A stretch of 62,925 bases of DNA, filler included, from Reclinomonas americana ATCC 50394 (lineage: Eukaryota), in assembly GCA_048213135.1 (NCBI GenBank). It is 4 parts of 3 records of this genome, joined end to end, with 100 filler letters (N's around TTAATTAATTAA, not from the genome) between each part and the next. Parts side by side here need not be neighbours in the genome. Positions count along the whole stretch, not along the records: positions 29,841 to 58,840 come from PS015135.1; positions 58,941 to 61,295 come from PS015136.1; positions 61,396 to 62,925 come from PS015136.1; 1 more part is not named here. One strand, 5' to 3'. Below the pieces are notes generated by a model. That model did no database searches. It was not told the origin of the DNA and was given only the letters and a program-made list of their open reading frames with translations. A program made the position numbers and the translations under genes. Shown here piece after piece: positions 49,969 through 61,572 of the stretch; the stretch's first letter is position 1; every line of letters starts with the position of its first letter.

Positions 49969-50458
49969 ATGAGCGCGTTGCTTGACACATCGCAGTTCAC
50001 TCGTGTGCTGCGCCTGGTCGCCTTGCGAGTGCCTGCGCCCAGTGTGGCTGCAGTCGCGCGACAACTCAAAGCGTGCGTCTCACTCTCTCGCACACTGAGA
50101 GAGAGAATGTGAGTGACTGACTCTCCCTCTCTCTCTCACTCTCTCCCCCCAGTCACCTCCTCGCACTGCCTCGCATGAAGCACATTGTGCCGGACCCANN
50201 NNNNNNNNNNNNNNNNNNCAAGAGAGAGTGCCTCCCACGCGACTTGTCTTGCTGGATCACAAGTATGCGAGTTGAGTGAGTGAGAGAGTGACAGAGACTG
50301 TGACAGAGATTGTGACTTACATGTTCTTTTGTCTGCAGGTGCGGCGGAGTTGCCGGAGGAGGTGCAGCAGGTGGTGCGAGGGGTGCAGGCGGCGGAGTTG
50401 ACAGAGCATGAGGTGTTGCTGGGATATGAGACAATGGCGGCTGGTGAGTGGTCTCTCT

Positions 50459-50497
<39 letters not shown>

Positions 50498-52039
50498 GGA
50501 GGCAGACTGAAGAGAGATAAGCAGGGGACTGCTGGAAAGAAGGAAGAAGTCAAGGAAGGAAAGGCAGGAGGCAAGGAGGACCCCGATTATGGACTTGCAA
50601 GTTGTCTCTTATTCCATGGCGCTGCATGCAGACGAGGTTCTTCGTCAAGTACTTCCCGCCGAGCTGGACGTGCCGAGCGCGTTTGAGTGTGTGGGCCACA
50701 TTGCGCATCTCAACCTCAAGAACTCGCACCTGCCGTACAAGCACATTATCGGGCAGGTACTGCTCGATAAGCATCCGTACTTGCGCACCGTGGTCAACAA
50801 GGTCGGCAGCATTGCGACGGTGTATCGCGAGTTCAAGATGGAGGTCATTGCTGGCGAGGAGGATTTCATTGCGGAAGTGGTACGTGAGTGTGCCTCTTCT
50901 CTCTCGTTCTGTTCTCTTTCCACCGCCGTGACTGACTCTGTGTGCTGTGCAGAAAGAGCACGGCGCCACGTACCACCTCGATTACTCCAAGGTCTACTGG
51001 AACTCGCGCCTCGGCACCGAGCATCAGCGACTGGCCGACCAGTTCAGCCCGCCTGATGTCGTCTGTTGCGCGAAGGGATCACATTTTTCTTCCCTCCCTC
51101 CCTCTTCGCTGAATCGACAGTTTGGGCATTTCTTCTCCATCACCACAGGCGATGCGTGTTGTGGCATCGGGCCGTTTGTCATCCCGGCGGCCAAACGCGG
51201 CTGCAAGGTGCTGGCCAACGACTTGAACGAGACGTCGGTGGAGTATTTGCGAAAGAACATTGCCGCCAACAAGGTAGGCGTGCGCGTCATTGTCGCTGGT
51301 CGCGCCCTGGCACTCACTCCCTTGTCGCTGGTGAGGTGGGGCGCCTGGTCACCGTGTTCAACATGGACGCGCGCGACCTGCTGCGCAAGCTGGTCGACGA
51401 GTCGGTGGTCTTCCACCACGTGACCATGAATCTGCCGGCGCTGGCCGTCACCTTTCTCGATGTGTTCCACGGACTGTATGCAGGTAGGCTCGACTTGCCG
51501 TTGCCACGCATTCACGTGTACACGTTTTCGAAGAATGCGGAGGACTCGTTCAAGGATGCCGTGAAGCAGGTGCGTGTGTACGCGCGCACGTGTCGGTGTC
51601 AATGGCCCTCGCTTACCTGTGCGCAGGCCGAGCTGCATCTGGGCACACGAGAACTGTCAGAGAACCCCGACGCACACCGCCTGGTGGTGCACCACGTGCG
51701 CAACGTGGCGCCTAAGAAGGACATGATGTGCGTGTCGTTCAACCTGCCGCCATCTGTGGCGTACGCGTCGGCTGAGGCCGGCGAGTCGCATCGGGCGGCG
51801 AGAAAACGAGCGCGTGAGGAGTACGCGGGTGAGGGAGATGACGAGGACGAGGAGGGTTTCGGGGAGGAATTTGGTGGTGAATCCAGTGGCGCGGCTGCGG
51901 CGGTGAGTGTGTCGCGCCGATGTGTTGTCGCTTTCGATGTCTGACTCACTAACCTCGTGTGTTTCAAAAAAAGGCTGCCGCCGAGGAGAATGGTGAGCCG
52001 CCTCGCAAGGTGGCGCGCACTGACAGCGGCGTGGAATGA
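49969..52039 (+). CDS. TRM5: tRNA (guanine37-N1) methyltransferase Trm5
   Basis: [22 protein letters not shown]...; [25 protein letters not shown]...[79 protein letters not shown]. Confidence 0.95.
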
Positions 52040-52081
52040 ATCACAATCTCGAATGCACGACGGCCACAGCAGCCTCGCATT

Positions 52082-53114
52082 TCATTCGGTGTCCTCAAAG
52101 CGCTCCACGCCCTCGGCAGTGATGCACTCGTCGACGGTGATGATCTCGTCAATCAGCACGTCGGTCTCCTCGACCGGCACCTCGTCGCACAACTGCTGCT
52201 GCAACACCAGCGACACTGCAACGGAGGGGAGGATCGAGTGAGTTTGACTGCCTCCCTCGACAAGCACGCGATCGCGCACCAGTGATGGGCTTCTGGAGGC
52301 CGTGCTGCTCGGCCGCCGCAAAACTCCGCCGCAGGAACCGGTCATAGTACCTGGTTTGCTTGCCAGGCATGAGAGAATCTCCGTAACAACACTGGCTTCT
52401 GCACGCGCACATACACACACACCCTTTGCCGTATCCAATCCTCCGTCGTTGTCGGTCAAAACCCAGGCCTGTGTCGGGAGAGGAGAGTGAGCGACAAGCC
52501 GGCACAGTATCCGAACACAGACACACACCTGGCACCAGCACCAAGTCCATGCCACGCCCATCCTCGCCTGTGCAAGTACCCGCAACATGCATATTCATGG
52601 GTGATGCAGCAACAGTGGGTCAAACTGACACTGCATGGCCGGCCACACGCAACTGATCTCCGCCGAGTTGTCCATCGGAGGTTCCCTGATGCCCCATCGC
52701 GGATCCCTCTCCAACGCCATGAACGCCTCCCACGACGGCACACGGATCATCCACATGAGACACTTATCGGCGTCCACCACTCGCGGCAAGAACACATGCT
52801 TGCCTGCAAACGCAATGAGGTCCGAGAAGAGAGATTGAGAGAGTGTGAGAGAGGAGTCGTGACGCACCCAACTCCAACGCGTGTCGCACAATGGGCGCCG
52901 TGTCTGGCTCGCGATCCAGCAGCGATGCAAAGAGGCACACGCGTTGGATGCTCTCACTGCGCATGTACGGGCGATGCACGAGGAATCGATCGGAGAGCAG
53001 CGCACTCTCCTCTGCCAACGCATTCGATCGCCCTCCTCCGCCTCCGATCGCCGAGCGAAGGCGAAGTCGCAGAGCGGCTTTCTGTGCGGCAATACTGCAG
53101 GCCATCCTGAGCAT
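52082..53114 (-). CDS. MTHFS: 5-formyltetrahydrofolate cyclo-ligase
   Basis: QKAALRLRLR; EPDTAPIV; KHVFLPRV; WGIREP; MDLVLVPG|LGFDRQRRRIGYGKG|YYDRFL; EVPVEETDVLIDEII. Confidence 0.92.
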
Positions 53115-53133
53115 GCGCGCGCACGTGTAGTGA

Positions 53134-53952
53134 ATGAGCAGAGAGGAGAGTGAGGACGCGGAGGACACCGCTGCGACTATGCATCGCGTTTGCCGAGTGC
53201 TTGCTCACCTCTCTCCATCTCCGCCACTGGTGTATCGCACTGTGGTGAGTGTGGACAGCACTGCGCCCAGTGGCGACACTCGCGTGTTGTCACTGGCCGA
53301 GTACGCCAGCTCCTCGCAGCCGCATTTGCAGCATGTGAGTGTCAGTGGCCGTCACAGTGAGGCACTCGTGCGTTCCGCGTGTGAGTCGATTGTCGCGAAG
53401 CACATGGAGGAGGAGGGAGTGGTGTTATACGTGAGAATGGATGTGAAACGACAGAGGTGGTGGCGAAGACGCAGACACTGGTCGCTGGTGGACAGTGTGA
53501 GACAAGTGGCGCGACGTGGACTGCTGCTGGTTGCGGTGCTGAGTGGTGAGGAGGTGCAGACAGAGGCTGATCAACTGTGCAAAGCACTGCGCGAGGCGGG
53601 TGCACGAGGCATTGTGTTTGCCTCCAGAGACGGGCATCAGTGTCACGAGTTTGCGCGCTGTTTGGTGCACCCGGTGGAGGTGGTGTTGGCGCACGGTGAT
53701 CCGCTGCACTTGTTGGGCGACGAAGACATGGAGAAGGGAGAAGAGTGGTCGACGGCGCCCTACTTTCTGCCTGGATCGCCAAACACGCGACGCTTTGAGC
53801 AGCTGGTGCGGAAACGTAATTATAAAGTGGCGTCGAGTGGATCGTTCGTGGACGAGTGGTTCGCGTGGGCGGCACTGTGGGCGGAGCTGATGGAGTGCAA
53901 GGAGACTTCCAAGCGACAGTCGTCGTGGACTCTGACACTTGTCAATCGCTGA
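53134..53952 (+). CDS. Hypothetical intronless protein (about 257-272 aa; start may be at 53179)
   Basis: Uninterrupted 819-nt ORF with protein-like composition filling the space between MTHFS and LMBR1. No family recognised. Confidence 0.55.
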   Translation: MSREESEDAEDTAATMHRVCRVLAHLSPSPPLVYRTVVSVDSTAPSGDTRVLSLAEYASSSQPHLQHVSVSGRHSEALVRSACESIVAKHMEEEGVVLYVRMDVKRQRWWRRRRHWSLVDSVRQVARRGLLLVAVLSGEEVQTEADQLCKALREAGARGIVFASRDGHQCHEFARCLVHPVEVVLAHGDPLHLLGDEDMEKGEEWSTAPYFLPGSPNTRRFEQLVRKRNYKVASSGSFVDEWFAWAALWAELMECKETSKRQSSWTLTLVNR

Positions 53953-54199
53953 CGAGTAGAGGCGAAGAAGATCGACAAGCGCGATTGAGGCAAGATATCG
54001 ATGACGTCGACTGTGCCAACTGATCGTTGCCACTCGTTCTCCTCGTTTTCTTCCCACTATGCGTATCTCTGTCTCTGATCAGTAACACGACTGCGACGAC
54101 GATACACGAATGAAAGGAAAGACGAACCTATGTGAAGTTGTCGATCTATCATTGTTGTCCCTCTCATTGTAAAGATCGTCATTGTGAAGAGAAGGCGAG

Positions 54200-55523
54200 A
54201 TGGAGGCAGCGGCCGCCTCTCCACCACTGTCCTCTGGCGAGGCCGGTGTGTTTGGCTACGAGTTCAACGAGTTTGTGCGACTGCTGACGGTCAGTCTCGC
54301 CACGTGTCACTCGCTCTCTCTCTCTCTCAGTGACCTCACTCTGTGAGTCTTGCGTGCAGGCATCGATCTCGTTCAGTGTGGTGTCACTGGTGTCGAGCTT
54401 TCTCGCGCTGCGAGTGTTGCAGAGTGGCGAGGATCAGCAGCAGGTCGATGAGCAGCAGTTGCAGCAGGGAGTGGGCGAGACGCACCAGCGTGTGTCAGGT
54501 GTGTGTGTGCGAGAGTGGGAGAGAGAGAGACAAGAGAGAGAGAGAGAGAGAGAGAAGGAGAGAGAGACAAGAGAGAGAAGAGGGAGAGAGAAGCGCACAG
54601 TTGTCCTTCATTTCGCGCTTCCCTCACGCTCCGTGTTCGTGTGCGTGCGTGTGTGTGATTGCGTGAGAGAGAGAGCGACATGAGAGAATGAGAGAGACTT
54701 GTTCTTCATTTGCGAATCCGCTCGACTCACTTCGCGATAGTCGTACCACGTTCGGGCACATACGACGCTCGTGCTGTGTTTCCGTTGCGCTTCCTCTGCT
54801 GCTCTCCTGTGTTGCTTCCTCGCCGCCTCTGACCAGTCTCTGTCGATTAGGCTCATTCTGTGCGCACTGGCGCTCATCACGGTGCTGGGCACGGCCTTCC
54901 TGGCACCCGTGTCCATCATCAGCGAGGAGGTGCGATGGCGCGGGCTCGAGAGCAGCGAGTGGCTGACGGAGGAGTTTGTCATGGGTGCGTTTGTAGGAAG
55001 GCGGTGTGTAGGTCGTGGTTTGGCGCTGACTGTAATGATAGGTCTGTGGACGCTTGTGTTCTGGGGCTGCAACACCTCGTTCTACTTGCTGGTACCGTTT
55101 GCGTACTTTTACCACGAGGCGGAGGGCATCTTTCGTCGAGGACGGGGTGTGCTTGGGAGGTGCGGCGAAGCAGCAGCGAGAGACACAGTGCAGCAGCGTG
55201 TGTGCGTCACTCACCTGGAAGTCTGTGTGTTGCAGAATCACCGAGGTTTTCCTGATTCTCGGTGTGCTGCTGTCGCTGCTGAGTCTGCTGCTGCGCCTGT
55301 TGAACGTGGTGCTCGGGCTGGAGTTCGAGAGCGTGCTACCGCTGTTCCCGTTCTCCTTCTCGCTTATTTCCATGCTTGGCTCCCTGTTGCTTCTCGGTGA
55401 GCTATGGAAAGGAGAAGGAAGAGATGAGTGCAGAGAATTGTGCACGTGCAGACATGCCACGTGACACGTGCATTTTGGTATCACTTTGTGCCGTCTGTAA
55501 TGCGTGCCTTCGTCGCTCTCTCG

Positions 55524-55577
<54 letters not shown>

Positions 55578-57410
55578 GAACCGCGCGCCGTATTACTCAC
55601 CTGCACATCCTTCTTGTGACTAGTGTTGGTCCCGCGTGGATTCGTGGCGCTGGTGTCGGCTAGCTGGTACTTTTTCATGCCCATGCAAATGCAGACGAGT
55701 CTGCGACAGGATGCAATTGCGTGCGTACATGATTGCTTCCAAGCTCACTCTCGTACTGACCTGTAATTTGTTGCAGCCTCTCCATGCAACGCGAGACAGA
55801 AGCGCGTCGCCTGGTAGACTTGAAGGAGAGACTCTAGTTTCGTGAGCTGTGCGACACTCTACTCGTGTCTGTCGGTCGGCCAACACTCACCACCGGTGAA
55901 AGCAGTCGCAGACTTATGCAGAAGGACGAGGCCACATCGCGCTTCCTGGAGGCACTGGGCGTGAAAGATTTGGAGACGCTGGCTGCCGTGAATCCAAGTC
56001 TGTTGTATCGCGTGGAGGTTTGCTCGCTCCCACCAACTGTTGATGTGTTCCACGTGTTTTTGATCTTCTCGTGGACAGAGGAACACGAGTCAATCGAACG
56101 ACGCGGAAGAGCTTGTGTTGCGCCACGACGGTGCGTTTCATCTGGAGAGAAGACGCGGCAACATGGAGGAGCTGGAGCGCGAGGCTGACTTGGACATTGG
56201 TGAGGCAAGCGTGTGGGTTTGTCTGTCCCGCCCCGTCTGTGCTGATTTGCGTGTTCTTGATGCAGCGCGCCGTCTGATTAGCTGCACGAAGCTGCTGTTG
56301 GACACGCTCATGACCGTGGATCTTGCCATTCGTTCCGGCCGAGACTCGTTCTCCGGAGTCGGTCTCGGTGCTGGCTCGCCCGTGTCCACGAATCCCGCCG
56401 AGGAACTCGAGAGGAGGTGCCCAGAGTTCGAGGTGTTGGGCGATGGTTCGTACAACGCCATTGTCATTTTGTCGAGTGTTATCTCATACGAATCCTCGCT
56501 GGCAGGCGTGTCCCTGCTGATGCGACAAATCTGCGACGCGGCCACCGATCTCAGTGAGAGCACGCACAAGTTGGTGAGTGGTGTAGATGCCTAAATGTTG
56601 ACCATGGCATTTCATTGACGACGTGTAATGCTGGCTGCAGTCTCTCCGCCAGTCGCAGATCTCCAGCAATCGGTGCTGTCGCAACATGTGGGCGTTGGCC
56701 TCCCTCGCGTTCTCCGTCACCGTGATATTTGTGTTGCTGTTGCGTGTCATCTTCTTTGGCACCTTCAAGTTGGATCTGCACTCCATTGGTGCGTTGCTCT
56801 ATGAATTACGTGATGCACACGGCGTATTCGCCTCACTCCTTTCTATATCAGGCTCGTCAAGTGAGTCACCAGAGGAGAGTGCCTGGGTGTGGGTCATTCT
56901 GGAATTGGTGACTGTACTGTTGCGTGCTGGCCACACCTTTGTTGTCGGCATCGGTGGTGGTGTGTTAAACTAGTGATGTAGATTCTTCATGACGGCATGT
57001 ATTGTCGGTATGACGGCCGTCCTCGGTCAATTCAGTGGCATGAAGCTGCGCATGAGAAGAACACCGACGCGTTCCCTCATTCTGTGGGTCTACATACTGG
57101 TGCCGGTCAGCGCCGCTGTTCCCGTGTGCATGCAGCTTCTCGGTGAGTGATCCATCAGACCAGGAGGTTGCGTCGGAGAACGGAGGCTGACCTCTTACCA
57201 TGCGCAGGATTGACGCGGTTCAGCCTGCTGGAGGACTACACGCAGACGTCGTTCCTGCGCAACAAGTGGGTGCTGTCCGGCTACGATTTGTTCTTCATCC
57301 TGTCGATGCTGGTGCAGGGCTCGTGGGCCGCCGTGTGTCATCGTCGGAGGAGATCACTGGTGCATTTGGTGAGCAGAGAGGTCGGAGATGAGAGGACGAA
57401 GAGCAGATAG
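54200..57410 (+). CDS. LMBR1: LMBR1/LIMR-family multi-pass membrane protein
   Basis: LAPVSIISEEV...WLTEEFVM|GLWTLVFWGCNTSFYLLVPFAYFYHEAEG...GVLGR|ITEV and C-terminal GLTRFSLLEDY match LMBR1 patterns. Middle exons are only partly resolved. Confidence 0.85.
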
Positions 57411-57549
57411 GNNNNNNNNNNNNNNNNNNNNAAGGTAAAATGAGGGGCAAACGGTTTTTATAGGTTCCACACGCCTCAACAAAACACGGAGAGGGCGCAT
57501 CAGCGGCCTTGTCGGACCATCTGACTCGGTTCTCTCGTCTCACAAGACT

Positions 57550-58720
57550 TTAGCAGGTGCTGGCGCAGCCAGTCTTCGAGCCGTCAACGGTGGAGAAGAC
57601 GGCGATGCCCTGGCCGGCGACCGGGCACAGGATCGAGTCGGCGCGGCACTGGCAGTTGGTGCCAGAGTTGCCAGCGTTGCACACGCAAGCACCGTTGACG
57701 CACTTGCCGCCGTCGATGGCGCCACCATTGCCGGCCTTGGCGCCCACAGACTGGGCCAGGCAGTTGCTGTCGGTGGTGCAGGTGGTGGCGACGTTGCAGG
57801 CAGCGCCAGTGAAGCCGCTGTTGCACACGCAGTTGCCGCTGGCGTCGCACGAGCCGTTGCCGTTGCAGGTCGACGAGGCCAGGCAGTACTTGGAGCACGA
57901 GGCACCAAAGTAGTTGGTGATGCATTGGTTGCAGGCGGCACCAGTGAAGTTGCCAGTGCACACGCAGGCGCCAGCGGCGTTGCACGAGCCGTTGCCGTTG
58001 CAGGTGGTCGAGGCCTGGCAGAAGGTGGCGCAAGTCGCACCGTAGTAGTTAGCCTTGCACACGTTGCAAGCGGCGCCGGCGTAGTTGCCAGTGCACGCGC
58101 AGGCACCGTTGTTGTCGCAGGTGCCGTTGCCGTTGCAGGTGACGGCGGCCTGGCAGAGGGTGGCGCAGTTCGGGCCGTAGTAGTCGGTGGCGCAGTTGTT
58201 GCACGAGGCACCGGCGTAACCAGCGTTGCAGACGCAAGCACCAGCCGCGTTACATGAGCCGTTGTTGTTGCAGGTCTTGACCGGGTGGCTAAGAAAAGCA
58301 ATGTTTGCATGAGATACCGAAATCGAGACAAAACGACACACGAGTCTCGTGAATGCGCTCACCAAGAGCAGAAAGGACCAGCCCAGGTAGCGCACACGTT
58401 GTTGTTGCCACCGAGGTTGAAGCAGTTCTGCATGGAGCTGACGTCAGCATCGCGCGATCGGAGAAACACGTGTGTTGTCAGGCACACCAAATCGAGACGC
58501 AACGTTGTGGCACACGCAGGCACCCGACGAGCAGTAGCCCTGTTGACACAAGAAGAAGAGATGCGATGGGGTGAGATTCGATTAGAATAGAACCACAGAA
58601 AGGAGCTCGAGGTGGACGCACGTTCGAGTTGCACTCGTTGCCGTTGGGGCACAGGCCACCCTGGGCGTTGGCGACGGCCACAATGGCCACAAACAGAGCG
58701 AGGCAGGCAATGAACTTCAT
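57550..58720 (-). CDS. Secreted cysteine-rich EGF/laminin-EGF-like repeat protein
   Basis: Signal peptide MKFIACLALFVAIVAVANA. Four exons. Repeats of TCNGNGSC...GACVC..N(Y/F).GA.CN.C..NYYG..C. No transmembrane segment visible. Confidence 0.88.
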
Positions 58721-58884
58721 GATGAGGAGGTGAGGTCTGCTCTCAGAACGAGTGTAAAGATGCAATGATGCGACTATCGGCCACCACAGCGAACACGAGA
58801 GGGACAATGACCCAATTGAGATGCCGTGTTCGGAATGACCNNNNNNNNNNNNNNNNNNNNNNNNNNNNNNNNNNNNNNNNNNNN

Positions 58885-58896
58885 TTAATTAATTAA
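58885..58896. other. Artificial scaffold-joining linker TTAATTAATTAA
   Basis: Same 12-mer within an N run. Confidence 0.95.
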
Positions 58897-58940
58897 NNNN
58901 NNNNNNNNNNNNNNNNNNNNNNNNNNNNNNNNNNNNNNNN

Positions 58941-61295
58941 TGCGTGCTGAAGCAAGTCTCCCTGCAAGGCCTCTCGGAGCGAGAGCAGGCCGATGTGCTG
59001 AACGAGGTGCCCCATTCACACCCGCACTCCTTTCTCCCTCACTCTCACACGTTTTCCTCCACACAGGCCCGCCTGATGAGTCAATGCGACCACATCAACA
59101 TCATTCGCTACCACGAGTCCTTCATCGAGGACGGCAGCCTGCACATTGCCATGGACATTGCGGGAGGTGGTGATCTCGGCAACAAGATTCGCGAATGCAA
59201 GAAAGCCNNNNNNNNNNNNNNNNNNNNNNNNNNNNNNNNNNNNNNNNNNNNNNNNNNNNNNNNNNNNNNNNNNNNNNNNNNNNNNNNNNNNNNGGGTGGG
59301 TTATGGGAGAGAGAGCGAGAGAGAGAGAGCAGAGTGAGTCGCACCTCGTGCTCACACGGTCGTCGCGCAGGACCATGCTGCCGGAGGAGACGCTGTGGAA
59401 CTATCTGATTCAGATCTGTCAGGGTCTGAAATATCTGCACGACAAGCGCATTCTGCATCGCGACATCAAACCCAAGAACATTTTCTTGGACGAGAAGGAC
59501 GAGGTCAAGATTGGCGACATGGGACTCGGTCGTGTGTTGGGACCACAGGTGAGGTGTCGACCGCGGTTGCGAAAGCATATGTAATCTCTCATGGTTGCCC
59601 TCTCGCAGAGCGTGTATGCCTACACTGGCGTCGGCACACCACTCTACTTCTCACCCGAACTCTGCAACGAGGAGCCCTACAACCAGAAATCAGACATTTG
59701 GTCGTTTGGCTGCCTGCTGTACGAGCTGGCGGCGCTTGAGCCGCCATTCATTGCCTCCAACCAGATTGCGCTGGCCAAGTTGCGTCTCATGGGGTTTCCT
59801 CCAGGGTTTCCTCTTGTTGCTGTCTCTCTTTGTTGTCGCTCACACGCTGTGGTATCCAGGAAAATCGTCTCCGAACAGCCGGCCCCGTTGCCGCGAGCCT
59901 ACTCGATGGAGCTGCAGTTCCTCATCTTCAAGATGCTGGAAAAGGACGCCGCCAAGAGACCCGACATTGAGCAGATCCTCAACTACTCTGCAGTCAAGAT
60001 CCGCGTTGCGTACGCACCCTACGTCTCGGTCTCCGTGTTGATGTGCTCGCCTCACAAGCTGTTGTTGTTGGCAGATTGAGCGCGCCAAGCTGCGCATCCG
60101 TGAGCGAAAGTTGCACGAGCGGTATCAGGCACTCGAGGAGCGGTTGCGTGTCGAGTGCGACAACAAGGTGGCGACACTGCAGGCGCTGGAGAGGGAGAGC
60201 CGAGCGCGAGCGGACAAGTTGGAGGCGGAAATGGTGAGTCTGTCAAGCGAAACGGCTGTGCTTTCCCTTTGTTGTGGCTCTGTCTACAAAGCATGAGCAA
60301 TCTGGGCGCTTCTCTCTCCAGTTACAACCCTACCTCCACAGTTTGTTCTTGAAGCATTCTTTCTTGCACATTGCTTTCATTCTCATTGTTTTTCTCCTTC
60401 TTCTGCTCTCCTCGTCCTCCTCCTTCTCCTTCTTCTCCTCCTTCTTCTCCTTCCACTCCTTCTCCTCCTTCTCCTCCTTCTCACCTCCCTTTCCCCACCA
60501 CAGGGCAAGATTGCACGCGAGCGCGACCACGCCGAGGCCCGGTACCGCGAATTGGAGGCCTCATGTGCCGACTATGCGCGCGAAGTCGAGACATTCCGTG
60601 CCGACTCGCAGCGTCAGTTGTCGAGATTGACCTCGAAGATGGAACGCAAGGAGGACGAATTGGTGTGTTGTCGCGCGCATCCACTCCGTTGTTCTTTCTC
60701 CGCTTCTCATCTATTTGTGGGCGTTGCAGAAAGAGACGCAGGCACAGGTGGCGCATCTGCAGGCGGCTCTCAGTGCGCGCGTGACGCAGTCAGACACCCG
60801 CCAGCTCGACTATGCGAAGCGAGAAGCTGGTTCGGCGGGCGATGTTACACTCTATTCGTGATTGTAGAGACTGACGAAAACCTCCTCTACAGAACTGGCG
60901 CGACGTGATCTCGAATTGGCACAGCGGGCGGCTGAGTTGCTGGCGATGGAATGCCGCCTGCAGGAACAGCAGGATGCAGTGCGCCGTGATCGCGAAGGTC
61001 AGCGTCCGCTGCGCGTACGGTTTCTGTGCACTGGTCCTCAATTCCCTTTCTGTAGATTTGCAACGGCAGGCCGCTTCGCAGGCGTTGCAGTCGAGACTAT
61101 CACCAGCCGCCTCCAGTGGGATGCATCAGCCGTCGCCCGACCGCGATCTGTATGCACCAAGCGCCGGCACTGGTGGTGGCGGCGGTGGTCGTTCACGCCA
61201 GTCGCCACCAGCGGCAGTGGTGGCCGCGGATCTGACGCCATCGCGAGGCACAGCCGGTCAGTTGCCGTGCCGTGATCTCTGCCCTGGAAAACTGA
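58941..61295 (+). CDS. NIMA-related (NEK) kinase with C-terminal coiled coil, partial at both ends
   Basis: VLKQVSL...[23 protein letters not shown]...[67 protein letters not shown]. Confidence 0.9.
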
Positions 61296-61339
61296 NNNNN
61301 NNNNNNNNNNNNNNNNNNNNNNNNNNNNNNNNNNNNNNN

Positions 61340-61351
61340 TTAATTAATTAA
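61340..61351. other. Artificial scaffold-joining linker TTAATTAATTAA
   Basis: Same 12-mer within an N run. Confidence 0.95.
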
Positions 61352-61572
61352 NNNNNNNNNNNNNNNNNNNNNNNNNNNNNNNNNNNNNNNNNNNNGCCGT
61401 CACAATAGGTGTTTTTGAGATTGTCAAGAACCTACTGATTCAGCACGACGCATTCCGCGTCTCGCGAGAATGATGAAGCACGATTCCTATAGTACGTTGC
61501 ATCATCATCATCATCATCATCATTAGCGTATAAAAAAGAGTATTGTTGTTTTGCCGTCTGTGAAATAGTGAT

